From Acidobacteriota bacterium (GTDB lineage: Bacteria; Acidobacteriota; UBA890; WLXD01): a DNA stretch of 64,000 nucleotides. Below the pieces are notes generated by a model. That model had not been told where the DNA came from. It made no database searches and saw only the letters and a list, made by a program, of their open reading frames with translations. Numbering within the stretch: position 1 is the stretch's first letter; every line of letters begins with the position of its first letter. The DNA lies in NCBI GenBank assembly GCA_963666055.2, contig CAXWPH010000002.1, positions 320,001 to 384,000 on the forward strand. Reading direction: 5' to 3'. This document shows, in pieces, positions 53,626-64,000 of this stretch. The position numbers and the translations under genes were made by a program.

Positions 53626-54780
53626 CTACGGGTCCGTCGGCACGAGCCGCTTCAGCTCGTCGAACCAGTTCGTGACGAACGTCACATGGTCGCTGTCGCT
53701 CTGGCTGCTCTGGCCGGTGTCGGGGAACATCACGAACCGCTGACCGTCGCCCGTCACGTCGTAGTCGGCAAAAGCGCCCGCACCGACGATGGTTATTCCA
53801 TCAGGCCCACCAAGAAAACTCCCCTCGAAAAGCTGCTCGCCCATGCTGTAAGTGAAGGAATCACCTTCCTTCTTTACAGCAACCGCCATGATCCCTGTAT
53901 CGGAGCGGTAGAACAGCTCCCGACCGTCGGCTGACCAGCTGGGCTGGCCGCCACCGCTGCTGGAGAGCTGCCACTTGCCCGGCCTAGGAGGATAGGGCCG
54001 GGCATAGACTTCCTTGCTTCCCGACTCGAAAAGAGTCGTACGCTATCCAGCGACCGTCCGGTGAGAAAGCCGACCACTCGTCGGCAGCATCGGTGCTCAC
54101 AAAGACTTGCGGCTCCCTATCCTCCTCAAGCGGCAACACCAAAATGTCCCAGCCGGTCTGTAGTTGGAACTGGCTGTATACCAGGAACCTGCCATCCGCA
54201 GACCACGACAACGGGTACTGCGCCCTGTCGCTCTCTATCAGCCGCTCGACAGTTCCCGAGCCGTCGGCACGAGTCCGATAGATGTTCTGTGTTCCGTCGC
54301 AGTTCGACAGGAATGCGAGAAACTGCCCGTCGGGCGACCAAACAGGTTAGCTGTCGACCGCTTCATCAAACGTCAGCCTTGTCGGCACACCCCGCTGGAT
54401 GTCATAGATCCACACGTCAGCGTTTTCGTTGCGCAAGGCTTTTGCCACGGCCAGCCGTGTGCCGTCCGGAGACACCCGAGGAGAACTGTAGAAGCCAGGC
54501 TCTTCCCACAGCGGTGTCGTGTTGCCCTGCCGGTCTACCCATACGACGGGATACCCCTGAGCAACGGCCTCGCTCAGATAGGCCAGTGTTCCTGTACTTG
54601 AGAAGCTGAACTGTCCGATATCCAATCGCCCAAAGGTGGCAAGCCCCTGCACGATGGATACCGCCGAGCCCTTCACTTCCAGCTCTCCCAGATCAAACGC
54701 GACGGCAAACAGGGTGCCCGCTCGTGATACACGAGATGCCCCGTAGGTACGTAGCGTCCCTGTCCACCCTGCTGCACGAC
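53626..54780 (-). pseudogene. Degenerate C-terminal TolB-like propeller region of a Ser/Thr kinase
   Basis: PRVSPDG, SWSADG, FSPDGRWIAY, VTNWFDELKRLVPTDP* spread over several frames. Confidence 0.85.
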
Positions 54781-54781
54781 C

Positions 54782-56259
54782 CGTCGGCTCCTCGAAGGGA
54801 GCGCCAGCGGCTCCGTGTCCACCTGGAACCGGGCGGCCGAGCCGGTCACGAACAACGCGGCTAGCGTGGCCGCGAGCGCGCCGCGAGCGCCGGGTGTCAC
54901 GAGATCATTACCGCGCGCGCGAACTGGGCGTTGTTCTCCCAGCTGGTCCTCTTCTCGGCCAGGTCCTCCAGCACCGGCTGTACCCTGCCATTCGCATCGA
55001 TGGCGCGCGACACGACGGTGTGCTCCCCTGCCGTGGCACCTTCCCAACGGTATACAAAGAGCTTCCAGGAGTACTTCGTATTGCGCGGATCCAGCGTCGC
55101 TTGCTCCCAAGGTCCGTCGTCGATTTTCACCTCCACCCGAGCCAGCGGCGTCCCGTCGGTCAAGGCGAACCCGTGCACGGTGTGATGGTCGGCAGCGCGC
55201 GTGACCCGGGCGATGGCCGACTTCAGCTGGATGCGGGTGACCGAGGTCTCCATGTACTTGAGGCTGCCTCCCACCTGCTTGGCCGTCAACGTGACGTAGT
55301 GGTTGGCCATGAACTTGCCCATGAATCGGCCTTCCTGCACGTGGATCTGCTTGAGCCATTTGACCTGGGCAACGCCGTACCAGCCCGGGATGATCAGCCG
55401 CAGCGGCGCTCCCTGATGGATGCTCAGCGGCTCGCCGTTGAGCTCGTACACCAGCACGGTGTCCTCGCGCATGGCGTCTTCTAGCGACATGCTGCGGGCG
55501 TATTGCTGATCGACCAGCCAGCTACTACCCCGCTTCTCGATCGTCTCGGTTCCCACATCGGCACCGAAGAAGACCACTTCCTTGCCGGCCGGCTCGACGC
55601 CCACCTCGTCGAGCAACGCGCGCAGACTCGTACCGCCCCAGCGGCCGTTGCTGACCAGCCCGTGGAAGCGGCGGCGGCTGTTGCCGGAGCACTCGAACGC
55701 ACAGGCCAGCTCCGTGCGCGGGCGTCGACGGATGTCCGCCATCGACAGCTTCTGAGGCCGCGACACTTGCCCGCTGATCTCGAGCTCGTGGGTCGCAGCG
55801 TCCACTTCAGGATGCCCGTAGTGCTGAACGGTGAAGAACTGGTCGGCCGGCGTAAAGAATTCGTCGATCTCGCGGATATCTACGAGCCGAACGATTGGCG
55901 TCGGGTTGGTTTCGAACCCGTCCGGCATGTCGGTGAACGGAACCGTTTCGTCTTGCGACATCGCGGCCAGCGCCCAATTCGGCACACCGACCACCATCGA
56001 TCCGGCGACGATCGCACCGGCCTTCGTCGCGTCGCGGCGCGTCATGCGCTCAGACATCATCCTCCTCCTTCGGAAACCCGGCGAATCGGCATCCCGGGCC
56101 GGTTCCCAGTGGTCTCTCCGTTTTGGTACACGATCTGCCCGTTGACCCAGACAGTATCAATTCCGGCCGACGAAAGGTGCGGCTCTACGACGGTCGAACG
56201 ATCGATGACCGCCTCCGGGTCGAACAGCACCAGGTCGGCGTAGGCGCCTTCCTCGATCG
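54782..56259. repeat. ~1.48-kb direct repeat, copy 2
   Basis: Matches 12156-13633 and includes a deacylase 3' fragment (56057-56259). Confidence 0.95.
54897..56060 (-). CDS. Sulfite oxidase-family molybdopterin oxidoreductase (copy 2)
   Basis: Differs from copy 1 at 5 residues (AMREDTVLV vs ALRDDTMLA; ARAV vs ARTV). Confidence 0.9.
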   Translation of the reverse strand: MMSERMTRRDATKAGAIVAGSMVVGVPNWALAAMSQDETVPFTDMPDGFETNPTPIVRLVDIREIDEFFTPADQFFTVQHYGHPEVDAATHELEISGQVSRPQKLSMADIRRRPRTELACAFECSGNSRRRFHGLVSNGRWGGTSLRALLDEVGVEPAGKEVVFFGADVGTETIEKRGSSWLVDQQYARSMSLEDAMREDTVLVYELNGEPLSIHQGAPLRLIIPGWYGVAQVKWLKQIHVQEGRFMGKFMANHYVTLTAKQVGGSLKYMETSVTRIQLKSAIARVTRAADHHTVHGFALTDGTPLARVEVKIDDGPWEQATLDPRNTKYSWKLFVYRWEGATAGEHTVVSRAIDANGRVQPVLEDLAEKRTSWENNAQFARAVMIS

Positions 56260-56357
56260 GGATAGATCAGGCACGTTACTCGTGTCACAATTTGTCCGAG
56301 GTGTCACGATGCCCAACCCCGGCGAGCGATAGAGCCGGACAGTCCAACAAGTTGACG

Positions 56358-56475
56358 ATGCCGACGAAACCCGACCCATCCCGACAGAAGGAATTGTCAG
56401 TCCGCCAAACGAACGCCATCGATCTGCTGTTGGCAGAAAAAACGGACAGCCAGGTCGCGAAAGCCGTCGGTGCTG
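56358..56475 (+). pseudogene. N-terminal HTH fragment of a mobile-element protein
   Basis: ELSVRQTNAIDLLLAEKTDSQVAKAVG then lost. Confidence 0.5.
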
Positions 56476-56680
56476 TAGGCCGTACTTGCGGGAGAGCCGC
56501 GCCAGTCGCGCCGTCAGCGTCAGGGTCAGGCCTTTGTTCAGCGCGGCGATGGCGGGATCCATCTCCCCCTGCGGTCACGATGGGCAGGACAGCGATAACC
56601 CAGTCAGTAGGATCGAGGGGGATAGACGCCGTGCGATGTAAGGGATCACAGCACGGGGCGGCCGGTGTAAGAAACCGGCT

Positions 56681-57145
56681 GTGCTCGGTAGCAACCATTG
56701 CAAAGACCACGGCCAGACCACACCGGTGCGGAGATACGTCAAACTTGACGACATTAAAAAGAACGATGTCGTCAAAGCGATCAAAGCCGGCATGGGGAAG
56801 GCTGAAGCTGCGGCCGTCGTCGGGGTGTCACGCCAGACGCTATACGACCATGAGCAGAAACACCCCGAGTTCAGAGAACAGGTTGGGGATGCCCAGCGGG
56901 GTGCTGTCGGTGCGGTTGAGAACGCTCTGCACGCCAAAGCGTTGGGTGGCAACGTAACGGCGATGATCTTCTTTTTGAAGAACCGCTCGCCGGACCAGTG
57001 GCGCGACATGAAGACGGGCGAGGTCGTGCGTGCGATGGAAGCCCGGCTTCGACCTGCGCTATTCCGCGCGATGGAAACCGCTGGTATCTCTCGCCAGCAA
57101 CTCGAAGCCGTCGCCGTCGCCTTAGATGACGCTGTAAACGCGTGA
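56681..57145 (+). CDS. Terminase small subunit-like HTH protein; start uncertain
   Basis: GVSRQTLY....HPEF, VENALHAKALGGNVTAMIFFLKNR.P..WRD. Confidence 0.75.
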   Translation: MLGSNHCKDHGQTTPVRRYVKLDDIKKNDVVKAIKAGMGKAEAAAVVGVSRQTLYDHEQKHPEFREQVGDAQRGAVGAVENALHAKALGGNVTAMIFFLKNRSPDQWRDMKTGEVVRAMEARLRPALFRAMETAGISRQQLEAVAVALDDAVNA

Positions 57146-57170
57146 CCGGCGTGGAGTCCGTTTACTCGGA

Positions 57171-57620
57171 TTGGCCGATCAAACGGCCGATATCTTCGTC
57201 GAGACCGAGACAATCGACCTCGGGAGTCCAGCGGCGCGCCGCCACCTCGTTGATGGCTGGTCGCCCATCGACGAGCGCTGGGCCCAGCGCGAGGACGAGA
57301 CGTTCGTGTGGGCGCGCGGGTCGCAGGCCTCGATTCGGTTCTTTCAGATCGAATCCCAACCGCATCGCCTGCGGATCCGTGCGCGGCCACACGTGGTCGG
57401 TGAAACGCCGGTAGTCTCGACCCTTTTCTTGCCGGCACAACGGCGTGACGCTGCCCACGTCCGTGGACGTGCTGGCGGGTTGGCAAGACTACGTGGTGCC
57501 GTTGCCGACCCGTTTCCTGAGCGTGGGTGCCAACGAGCTCTCCCTGGAGTTCGACCGACCTCCCGACGACGAGCGCTCCACCGGCACCTCGTTACGAACC
57601 CCGGTTCCTGAACGGTCGGG
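57171..57620 (+). pseudogene. Fragment of an extracellular beta-domain protein
   Basis: IDLGS..RRHLVDGWS..FVWA, frameshift, then WQDY.V.LP..L..GANEL. Confidence 0.45.
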
Positions 57621-57625
57621 AGGCC

Positions 57626-59968
57626 CTAGAGGCGGAATAGCTGGGTCACCTTGAGGATGATCGAGCGGTCGATCAGCGTCGGATCTTCGATCAACCGGCG
57701 CTCGTTGTACACGAGAAACAGGTCCGCCCCCGGCGTGTGGATGAAATTCACGCGGACGTTGCTGAGGAACCGATCGGTGATGTTGTCGTACTGGAACAGC
57801 CCGGACAGAAACAGGCGGGTGTTGAAGTCATAGCCGATTCGAGCGCGCCAAATGTCGGCGACGAAGTCGCCGCCCGGGAGCTGTACGTCGTTGCGATCCA
57901 GCGACACTCGCGCCGCGAAGCGAGCACCGATGCGCGCACCGGCCTCGAGCTTCCAGACATCCCGGGTTCCGTCCCAGAAGTCGCCGAACGTGTAGTTCAC
58001 CGTTCCCCAAACTGGGCGGCTCTTGTCCGATTGCGCCTCCAGGTGGATCTCGTTGAAGTGGTAGGCGCCCGGCGGTATGACCACACCCGGGACGATCTCG
58101 AAGGGCAGGTCGAGCTGCTCGAAGCGCCGGTTGTTCTCGATGCTGAGCTTGTCGCCGCGGCGCAGGAACAGGTCGAAGTCGTAGTGCTCGCGCCGTGTGA
58201 TCAGCCGGTTGGCACGATCAGTCACATAAGACAGCCCCACGTGTGGGGCCAGGTTGCGTACCCACGGGGATTCCGGGTAGTAGGGCGACCAGGTCGCCGT
58301 GGTGCTGTACGAGCGCAGCCCGACGCGGTTGACGAAGCCCAAACCGGGGTTGAAAGCGTCGCCGACGTCCATCGCCGATCCGTTGACGGTGAATCGCGAG
58401 TTGGCCCACTCGAACTTCACCGCACCGGCCGAATCGGTGCCGGACTCGACGCCCGGCGTCTCGGTCTTCATCCACCACCCATCGACGGTTGCCCCCGAGC
58501 CGATCGCCCAGCGCCCGTCGAAGCCCAGGGAGCGGTTGTAGCTCGTGCCGCTCTCGTGCCGGTTGGTGAACAGCATGCCGATGCTGGAGCGGCTGCCGAG
58601 CTCGCGGCGCACTCGCAACACGCCGTGGTTCTCGGATCCCAGCTGCAAGCTATCCACGGCGTCGGTCTGCATGGTCAACGCGCCGATGTTCCAGCCGCCG
58701 GCCTTGCCGGTCAGGCGTACCCCGCCGAGGATCGGCACCTCGCCACCCTGAAAGATCCCGATTGTGCGCGAGTGAAACCCGATCACCCTGGCACCGTCGC
58801 GGACACCGCTGCTGCCGAACTGGAAGAGGCCGGCGTTCTCGAGGAAGAACTCGCGTTTCTCCGGGAAGAACAGCGGAAAGCGCGTGAGGTTGACCTGCAC
58901 GTCGTCGGCCTCGACCTGCGCGAAGTCGGTGTTGAGCGTCGCGTCGACGGTGAGGTTCGGGGTGGCGATCCACTTGATATCGACGCCCGCATCCGCGGAA
59001 GAGTCGGTGAAGTGCGATGAGAACGGGCCCGTTACCGGCCCGTTGGCGATCTGTCCGACATCGCCGAGCGCGAACGGCTTGACCTGGAGGTTCCGCGGTC
59101 GGTCTACCGCCTGCATGCCGACCAACATCCCCGACATCGACAGCCGGGTGGCATCGTATTGCCGTGGCACCGGCGCCCAGAAGGCCTGCTCCGAGTTGCG
59201 CTTGAGCGTGCGCCGGAAGTTGATGCCCCACGCCCGCATGTTGTCGCGATCGAAGCGCAGCACCCAAAACGGGATGGCGAGCTCGACCGACCAGCCCTCG
59301 TCGTCGCGATGTCCAGCCGCCGACCAGACCGCATCCCAGTCTCTGTTGAAGGTGGCGCTGACCCCCCCCCAAAGTGCGGTGCCGCCCTCGCCGATGATCT
59401 GCGCATCGAACCGCGCGCCCAACGCGTTGGTCTCGAAGAAGTAGCCGTTGCGATGGTCGTGATAGGTATCGAGGGTTACCGCGAACGCGTCGTTGTCTCT
59501 GTGGTCCTCATCGCGCCGCAGCACCGAGGCGACCACGTTGCGCGGCGACGAGTCCCACAATCGAGCGCCGATGTAGATCGCCTCGTCGTCGTACAGCACA
59601 CGAACTTCCATGCGCTCGCTCGCATCCGCGCCTTCGTCCGGCTGAGCCTGGACGAAGCGCGCCAGCGGCTCGGCTTCATCCCACACCGTGTCATCGAGCA
59701 GGCCGTCGACGTCCGGCGGTGCGGATGCCCGCACCGCGACGACCTGATACAGACGGTCCGCCTCGGTGACCGCGAGGTCGTTCCACTCGTCGCTCCCCGC
59801 GGGCGCGACCCGAGAGCTGTTGCCGGCCCCGTCCGTCTGCGCCGGCGGCTTGGACTGAGCCTCCGACGCGGCGGGTACGATCAGCGCGGCGGCCAACCAG
59901 GCGATGACGAGGCGCCTGGCGGGCGCGTGCCGAGGGACTGTTTCAGGTGTGCAGAACACGGTGGCCAC
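57626..59968 (-). CDS. CBM9-like / DUF5916 outer-membrane protein
   Basis: PDVDGLLDD.VW, GWSVELAIPF, WGINF.R, NTDFAQVEAD, FFPEKREFFLE. Confidence 0.88.
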   Translation of the reverse strand: MATVFCTPETVPRHAPARRLVIAWLAAALIVPAASEAQSKPPAQTDGAGNSSRVAPAGSDEWNDLAVTEADRLYQVVAVRASAPPDVDGLLDDTVWDEAEPLARFVQAQPDEGADASERMEVRVLYDDEAIYIGARLWDSSPRNVVASVLRRDEDHRDNDAFAVTLDTYHDHRNGYFFETNALGARFDAQIIGEGGTALWGGVSATFNRDWDAVWSAAGHRDDEGWSVELAIPFWVLRFDRDNMRAWGINFRRTLKRNSEQAFWAPVPRQYDATRLSMSGMLVGMQAVDRPRNLQVKPFALGDVGQIANGPVTGPFSSHFTDSSADAGVDIKWIATPNLTVDATLNTDFAQVEADDVQVNLTRFPLFFPEKREFFLENAGLFQFGSSGVRDGARVIGFHSRTIGIFQGGEVPILGGVRLTGKAGGWNIGALTMQTDAVDSLQLGSENHGVLRVRRELGSRSSIGMLFTNRHESGTSYNRSLGFDGRWAIGSGATVDGWWMKTETPGVESGTDSAGAVKFEWANSRFTVNGSAMDVGDAFNPGLGFVNRVGLRSYSTTATWSPYYPESPWVRNLAPHVGLSYVTDRANRLITRREHYDFDLFLRRGDKLSIENNRRFEQLDLPFEIVPGVVIPPGAYHFNEIHLEAQSDKSRPVWGTVNYTFGDFWDGTRDVWKLEAGARIGARFAARVSLDRNDVQLPGGDFVADIWRARIGYDFNTRLFLSGLFQYDNITDRFLSNVRVNFIHTPGADLFLVYNERRLIEDPTLIDRSIILKVTQLFRL

Positions 59969-60139
59969 TGGCGAGATGATCCGAGAGGGTGCCTAACGCT
60001 ACCGCATCGCGGCATGCTGCACAGCATGTCGCGGCGTCGCGATCAACCCGCCGAACCGCCCGGCTTATGGAACTTGAGCAACATGCGGTCGGTCATGAAG
60101 CGCGGCTTGCCCGCCTGCATGAACACCGCGTAGTCGGGC

Positions 60140-60345
60140 TCGGGCGACATGTAGGGCACCGTGCCGACTGCTACTCCCTCGCCGGTGAGGGCGCGTGTCG
60201 GCATCTGCGTGGCCTGGTGAGCATCGTCAGGGGCCAGGAGCTTGGCGAGTCCGCAGTCGAGCACCTTGACCCGACCATCGCTGCTGAGCATGACGTTGGC
60301 CGGCTTCAGATCGCGATGCGTGATGCCGCGATCGTGCGCTGCCAC
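60140..60345 (-). pseudogene. Central catalytic fragment of a Ser/Thr kinase
   Basis: [30 protein letters not shown]. Confidence 0.85.
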
Positions 60346-60941
60346 CCCGGACTGGTGCCGTGCTTTCGGCCTGCGCCGACTCGGAGCTCGCCGAGACCAG
60401 GATTCCGGGCGCCTTCTTCCAACTGGGTGACCCACACGATGAGTCGGTCCCCGATCTGCGTGATGAAGTCGAGCGCTGGGTCGTGAACAACGGTATTCGG
60501 GACTTGGCGGAAGCCCTTCAGCCCCTGCTCGTAGAAGTCCTAAAAGGGCTACGTCTATGGAGACTGTCTACCTGCGACGTGGTTTCGGGCGACAGATGGA
60601 TGGAGTTCGAGCGTGAAGTCGCTGAGCTAGAGAGGCAAGGGCTTGCCGAGCTTCTGAAAGCCGTATCGATAGAGATGGGTGACGAAAGCCCCGACAGTAC
60701 CTTGGACGACCTGCGATCACTAAATCGCCTCAGGCGCTGTCTTGTGCATATGGACGGGAGAGGTGGACCCCATTCTTTGGACAGGTTTTCGTCACGTGTG
60801 GATGTTCTCCGGCGAGGTGATTCTGCGCGACGGAAGTGCATTGGCTCTCGATGAGGCTAAGTTCATTCTGACGAACATGGGCGATCGCCAACGCCGGCCC
60901 CTACGTCGAGACTCTCTATCGAGCCGGCCGAGCACTACCCT

Positions 60942-61319
60942 TTGGGCGATCTATCAGAAGTGCCCTACGGTGGTGGGGTGAGCCCTTCGACGCAGGAAGT
61001 GGCGGACAAGCTGCTGCCCAGGCACTCGGTCGAAGTCATCCACGAGAATAACGCCAACACCCCGGCTTTCAATACGCTGCGCGAGAAGCTGGCGACGGCA
61101 TCGAAGATTATGTTCTTGGGCTTTGGGTTTCACGCCTCGAACATGACCAAGATCGGTCCGATCCCCAATCCCCCAAGCCGGGGTGAGGGAGGGCCGATCA
61201 TAGCGGCGACACACAAGGGGATCAGGGCCGACCCCTGGGGAAGGCTGTGCATGGAACACTTCGGCCAGACGGCGCTCAGTCGCAACACGAACTCTGAGTT
61301 GATACGCGATCTGCTCTAG
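60942..61319 (+). pseudogene. C-terminal fragment, possibly SIR2-like
   Basis: IHE...A.KIMFLGFGFH..N; weak motif only. Confidence 0.4.
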
Positions 61320-61446
61320 CGTTCCCGGAAGCCCCCTGCCAGGACCAGCCCTTGGGGGTGGACTGGCGCCCGTGGGCGCTAGAGAGGCGCTGGTAGAAAC
61401 GCCGCGCTAATGGATCCCATGGGATCCGCCGCTGACCAAGTTGAAG

Positions 61447-61572
61447 ACTCCGTTGGATCTCACACGCTCCGGCGATAGGCTTCAGGCGCTCACCCACACC
61501 CCTCTGGAAGAGCCATGGACCCCGGCAGCAAACTAGGCCACTACGGGATCCTCTCCCCGCCTGGTGCGAGTG
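61447..61572 (+). repeat. Duplicate of kinase promoter and first codons (other copy 62732-62857)
   Basis: actccgttggatctc..gctccggcgataggcttcaggcgctcaccca, then [20 protein letters not shown]. Confidence 0.85.
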
Positions 61573-61721
61573 GACGGGAGTCACGCAGGAGTAATGTCCA
61601 GATCGACTTGGCATCCCGAATCAACTCGAGGAGGACGGGGCGGCCATCGCGGCGCTCATGTGCGTGTTCGTGGCCCGCCACGTCTATGCCACCGACTGAA
61701 CCGAGAACACACACCCTGACC

Positions 61722-62705
61722 ATGGACACGAAGACAATGAAAGCGGCGGTGATGCGCAAGCCAGGCGCACCGGAGGTGCTGGCGATTGAGGAGTTGCCGG
61801 TTCCTCAGCCAGCGCCCGGGTGGGTACTCATCCGAGTGAAAGCGTTCGGGCTCAACCGCTCCGAGCTTTTCACGCGACAGGGTCACTCACCGGGGGTGAC
61901 GTTTCCCCGTGTACTTGGCATTGAGGCGGTGGGAATTGTGGAGGAAACGCTGGGCGGCGAGTTCAAACCCGGGCAAACCGTGGCCACCGCGATGGGAGGC
62001 ATGGGTCGGCAGTTTGATGGCGGCTACGCCGAGTACACCTGCGTACCTGCCATGCAGGTACAAGCGATCAACACGACGTTGGATTGGCAAACGTTGGGCG
62101 CACTGCCCGAGATGGTCCAGACCGCCTGGGGCTCGCTCACCAGTGCCTTGCGGCTGCAACCTGGTCAGAGCTTGCTGATTCGCGGTGGCACCACGTCGGT
62201 GGGCTTGGCCGCCGCGGCGCTGGCCAAACAGCAAGGCGCGACCGTCGCCGCGACGACCAGAAAAGCTGACCGTCAAGCCATGCTCGAAGGCAACGGCGCG
62301 GATCATGTGTTTATCGACAGCGGTGAGATCGCCGACGATGTACACGGCGTCTTCCCCGACGGTGTGGACAAGGTGCTGGAGCTCGTCGGAACCACCACGC
62401 TACTCGACTCGCTGCGGTGCGCTGCGCGTTTCGGCTCCGTGTGCATGACCGGCATGGTCGGCAACGCCTGGGAGCTTGAGCGATTCAGTCCGATGGGCGC
62501 GATCCCGTCCACGGTGAGCCTGACCACTTATGCGGGCGGCGACCGGGACTTCATTGACACACCGCTACAGACGGTGGTGAACGACGTAGAGGAGGGTCGT
62601 ATAACACCTAAGATCGGACGAGTCTTTCAGCTCGACGAGATCGTGGAGGCGCACCGCTGTATGGAAGACAACGCAGCTGGCGGCAAGATCGTCGTCCTGA
62701 CCTGA
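61722..62705 (+). CDS. MDR-family (quinone oxidoreductase-like) dehydrogenase
   Basis: [40 protein letters not shown]. Confidence 0.9.
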   Translation: MDTKTMKAAVMRKPGAPEVLAIEELPVPQPAPGWVLIRVKAFGLNRSELFTRQGHSPGVTFPRVLGIEAVGIVEETLGGEFKPGQTVATAMGGMGRQFDGGYAEYTCVPAMQVQAINTTLDWQTLGALPEMVQTAWGSLTSALRLQPGQSLLIRGGTTSVGLAAAALAKQQGATVAATTRKADRQAMLEGNGADHVFIDSGEIADDVHGVFPDGVDKVLELVGTTTLLDSLRCAARFGSVCMTGMVGNAWELERFSPMGAIPSTVSLTTYAGGDRDFIDTPLQTVVNDVEEGRITPKIGRVFQLDEIVEAHRCMEDNAAGGKIVVLT

Positions 62706-62737
62706 GACAGGGGATCGCGACTCTAGGCAATACTCCG

Positions 62738-62766
62738 TTGGATCTCGCCCGCTCCGGCGATAGGCT
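62738..62766 (+). promoter_or_regulatory. Sigma70-like promoter
   Basis: TTGGAT-N17-TAGGCT, conserved in both copies, 33 nt upstream of the kinase ATG. Confidence 0.55.
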
Positions 62767-62799
62767 TCAGGCGCTCACCCACCCTGCCTCGGGAGCGCC

Positions 62800-64000
62800 A
62801 TGGAACCCGGCACCAAACTAGGCCCCTACGAGATCCTCGGCCGGCTCGGCGCCGGGGGAATGGGCGAGGTCTATCGCGCCCGTGACCGCAACCTCGAACG
62901 CCACGTCGCCATCAAGGTACTGCCCGCGGCGTTCGCCGTGGACTCGGAGCGGATGGCCCGCTTCGCCCGGGAGGCCAAGCTGCTCGCCTCGTTGGAGCAC
63001 CCGAATATCGCCGTCGTCTACGGCCTGGAGGAATGGCAGGGTACCCGCTACCTGGCACAGGAGCTGATCGACGGCGAGAGCCTGGCGCAGCGCATCAAGC
63101 GTGGGCGACTCGGGGTCGATGAGGCGCTCGAGATCTGCCGGCAGATCGCCGCGGCTCTCGAGGCAGCGCACGCCAAGTCGATCGTGCACCGCGACCTCAA
63201 GCCAGCCAACGTCATGCTGACGTCCGAGGGGCGCGCCAAGGTGCTCGACTTCGGCCTCGCCAAGCCGATCGTCGGAGATCAAGAAGGGGACCCGGAGGTC
63301 GATCTCGGGGAGTCACCAACGCTGACGACGACGCGGGTGAGAGAAGGGGTCGTCATGGGGACAGCCGCCTACATGAGCCCGCGCCAGGCGCGCCGACATC
63401 TGGGCGTTCGGGTGTGTCCTCTACGAGGCCCTCACCGGGGCTTGCGCGTTCTCCGGCGACACTCTGCTCGACATCCTCGCCGCGGTCGTGCGCGCCGAGC
63501 CCGATTGGAGTGCCCTGCCGGAACAGACGCCGTCGCGCATCCGGCTGCTGCTGAAGCGTTGCTTGCAGAAAAAGCGGCAGCGGCGACTGCAGCACATCGG
63601 TGATGCCCGTATCGAGATCGACGAGGCGCTCACCGACCCCGACGGCCACGCCGTCCCATCCTCGTCGGGGCACCGGCCCCGGCTTCGCGCCGTCCGCTGT
63701 GGTATCTCGGCATCGTCGCCGTTGCCATGACCGCCCTGGCGCTGTGGAGCCTGGCGACCCGCCCCGGTGCAGCGCCCCCGGGACGGGTGACGCGAACCTC
63801 CATCGTGCTGGCGCCCGGACAGTACATCAACGTGCAACCGTCCGCCTCGCTGGCGCTCGCGAGGGACGGCAAGCACCTCGTCTACGGCGCTGTCTCCGAC
63901 GAGGGTCAGCACCTCTACCTGAGGAGCATCGACAGTTTCGAGACCACGCGGATCCCGGGGAGCGAGGGAGGTAGAAGCCCGTTCTTCTCGCCGGACGGGA
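62800..64000 (+). pseudogene. Ser/Thr kinase-TolB gene, frameshifted, runs off the window
   Basis: [21 protein letters not shown]; deletion after YMSP (~63380), second shift ~63690, then TM helix and PFFSPDG. Confidence 0.88.

Overview
High-GC bacterial DNA. The gene content (Acidobacterial-type VWA protein, Oar-like TonB-dependent receptor, many Ser/Thr kinase-TolB paralogs, sulfatase-like proteins) suggests Acidobacteriota; this is inference. Positions 1-7.6 kb look like ordinary chromosome (sulfatase-like genes, msrB, kinase, wecE/wecD-like). From 7.7 kb onward the window is a heavily rearranged accessory mosaic. It contains: (i) four 3' fragments of different tRNA/tmRNA genes (fMet, ssrA, two Leu) next to arm-type repeats, with no intact parent gene; (ii) two tyrosine integrases and a fairly complete phage-satellite-like element (int, repressor/cro, xis, rep with iterons and a 27x7-bp frameshifting repeat, two terminase small subunits); (iii) nested, slightly diverged direct repeats (12.2-13.6/54.8-56.3 kb, 22.2-22.6/49.2-49.6 kb, 24.3/26.7 kb); (iv) an IS5 inside a MITE; (v) many short gene remnants, with kinase 5' heads and 3' tails recurring at junctions. 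The most novel-looking signal is five copies (42.7-46.1 kb) of a promoter-like -10 box followed by a ~105-120 nt element. That element has a conserved G-U-rich outer stem, a conserved inner stem and variable loops, and is interleaved with XRE-type genes: a candidate undescribed small-RNA family. All calls were made by eye without searches. Strain co-assembly or long-read indel errors could explain some duplications and frameshifts.
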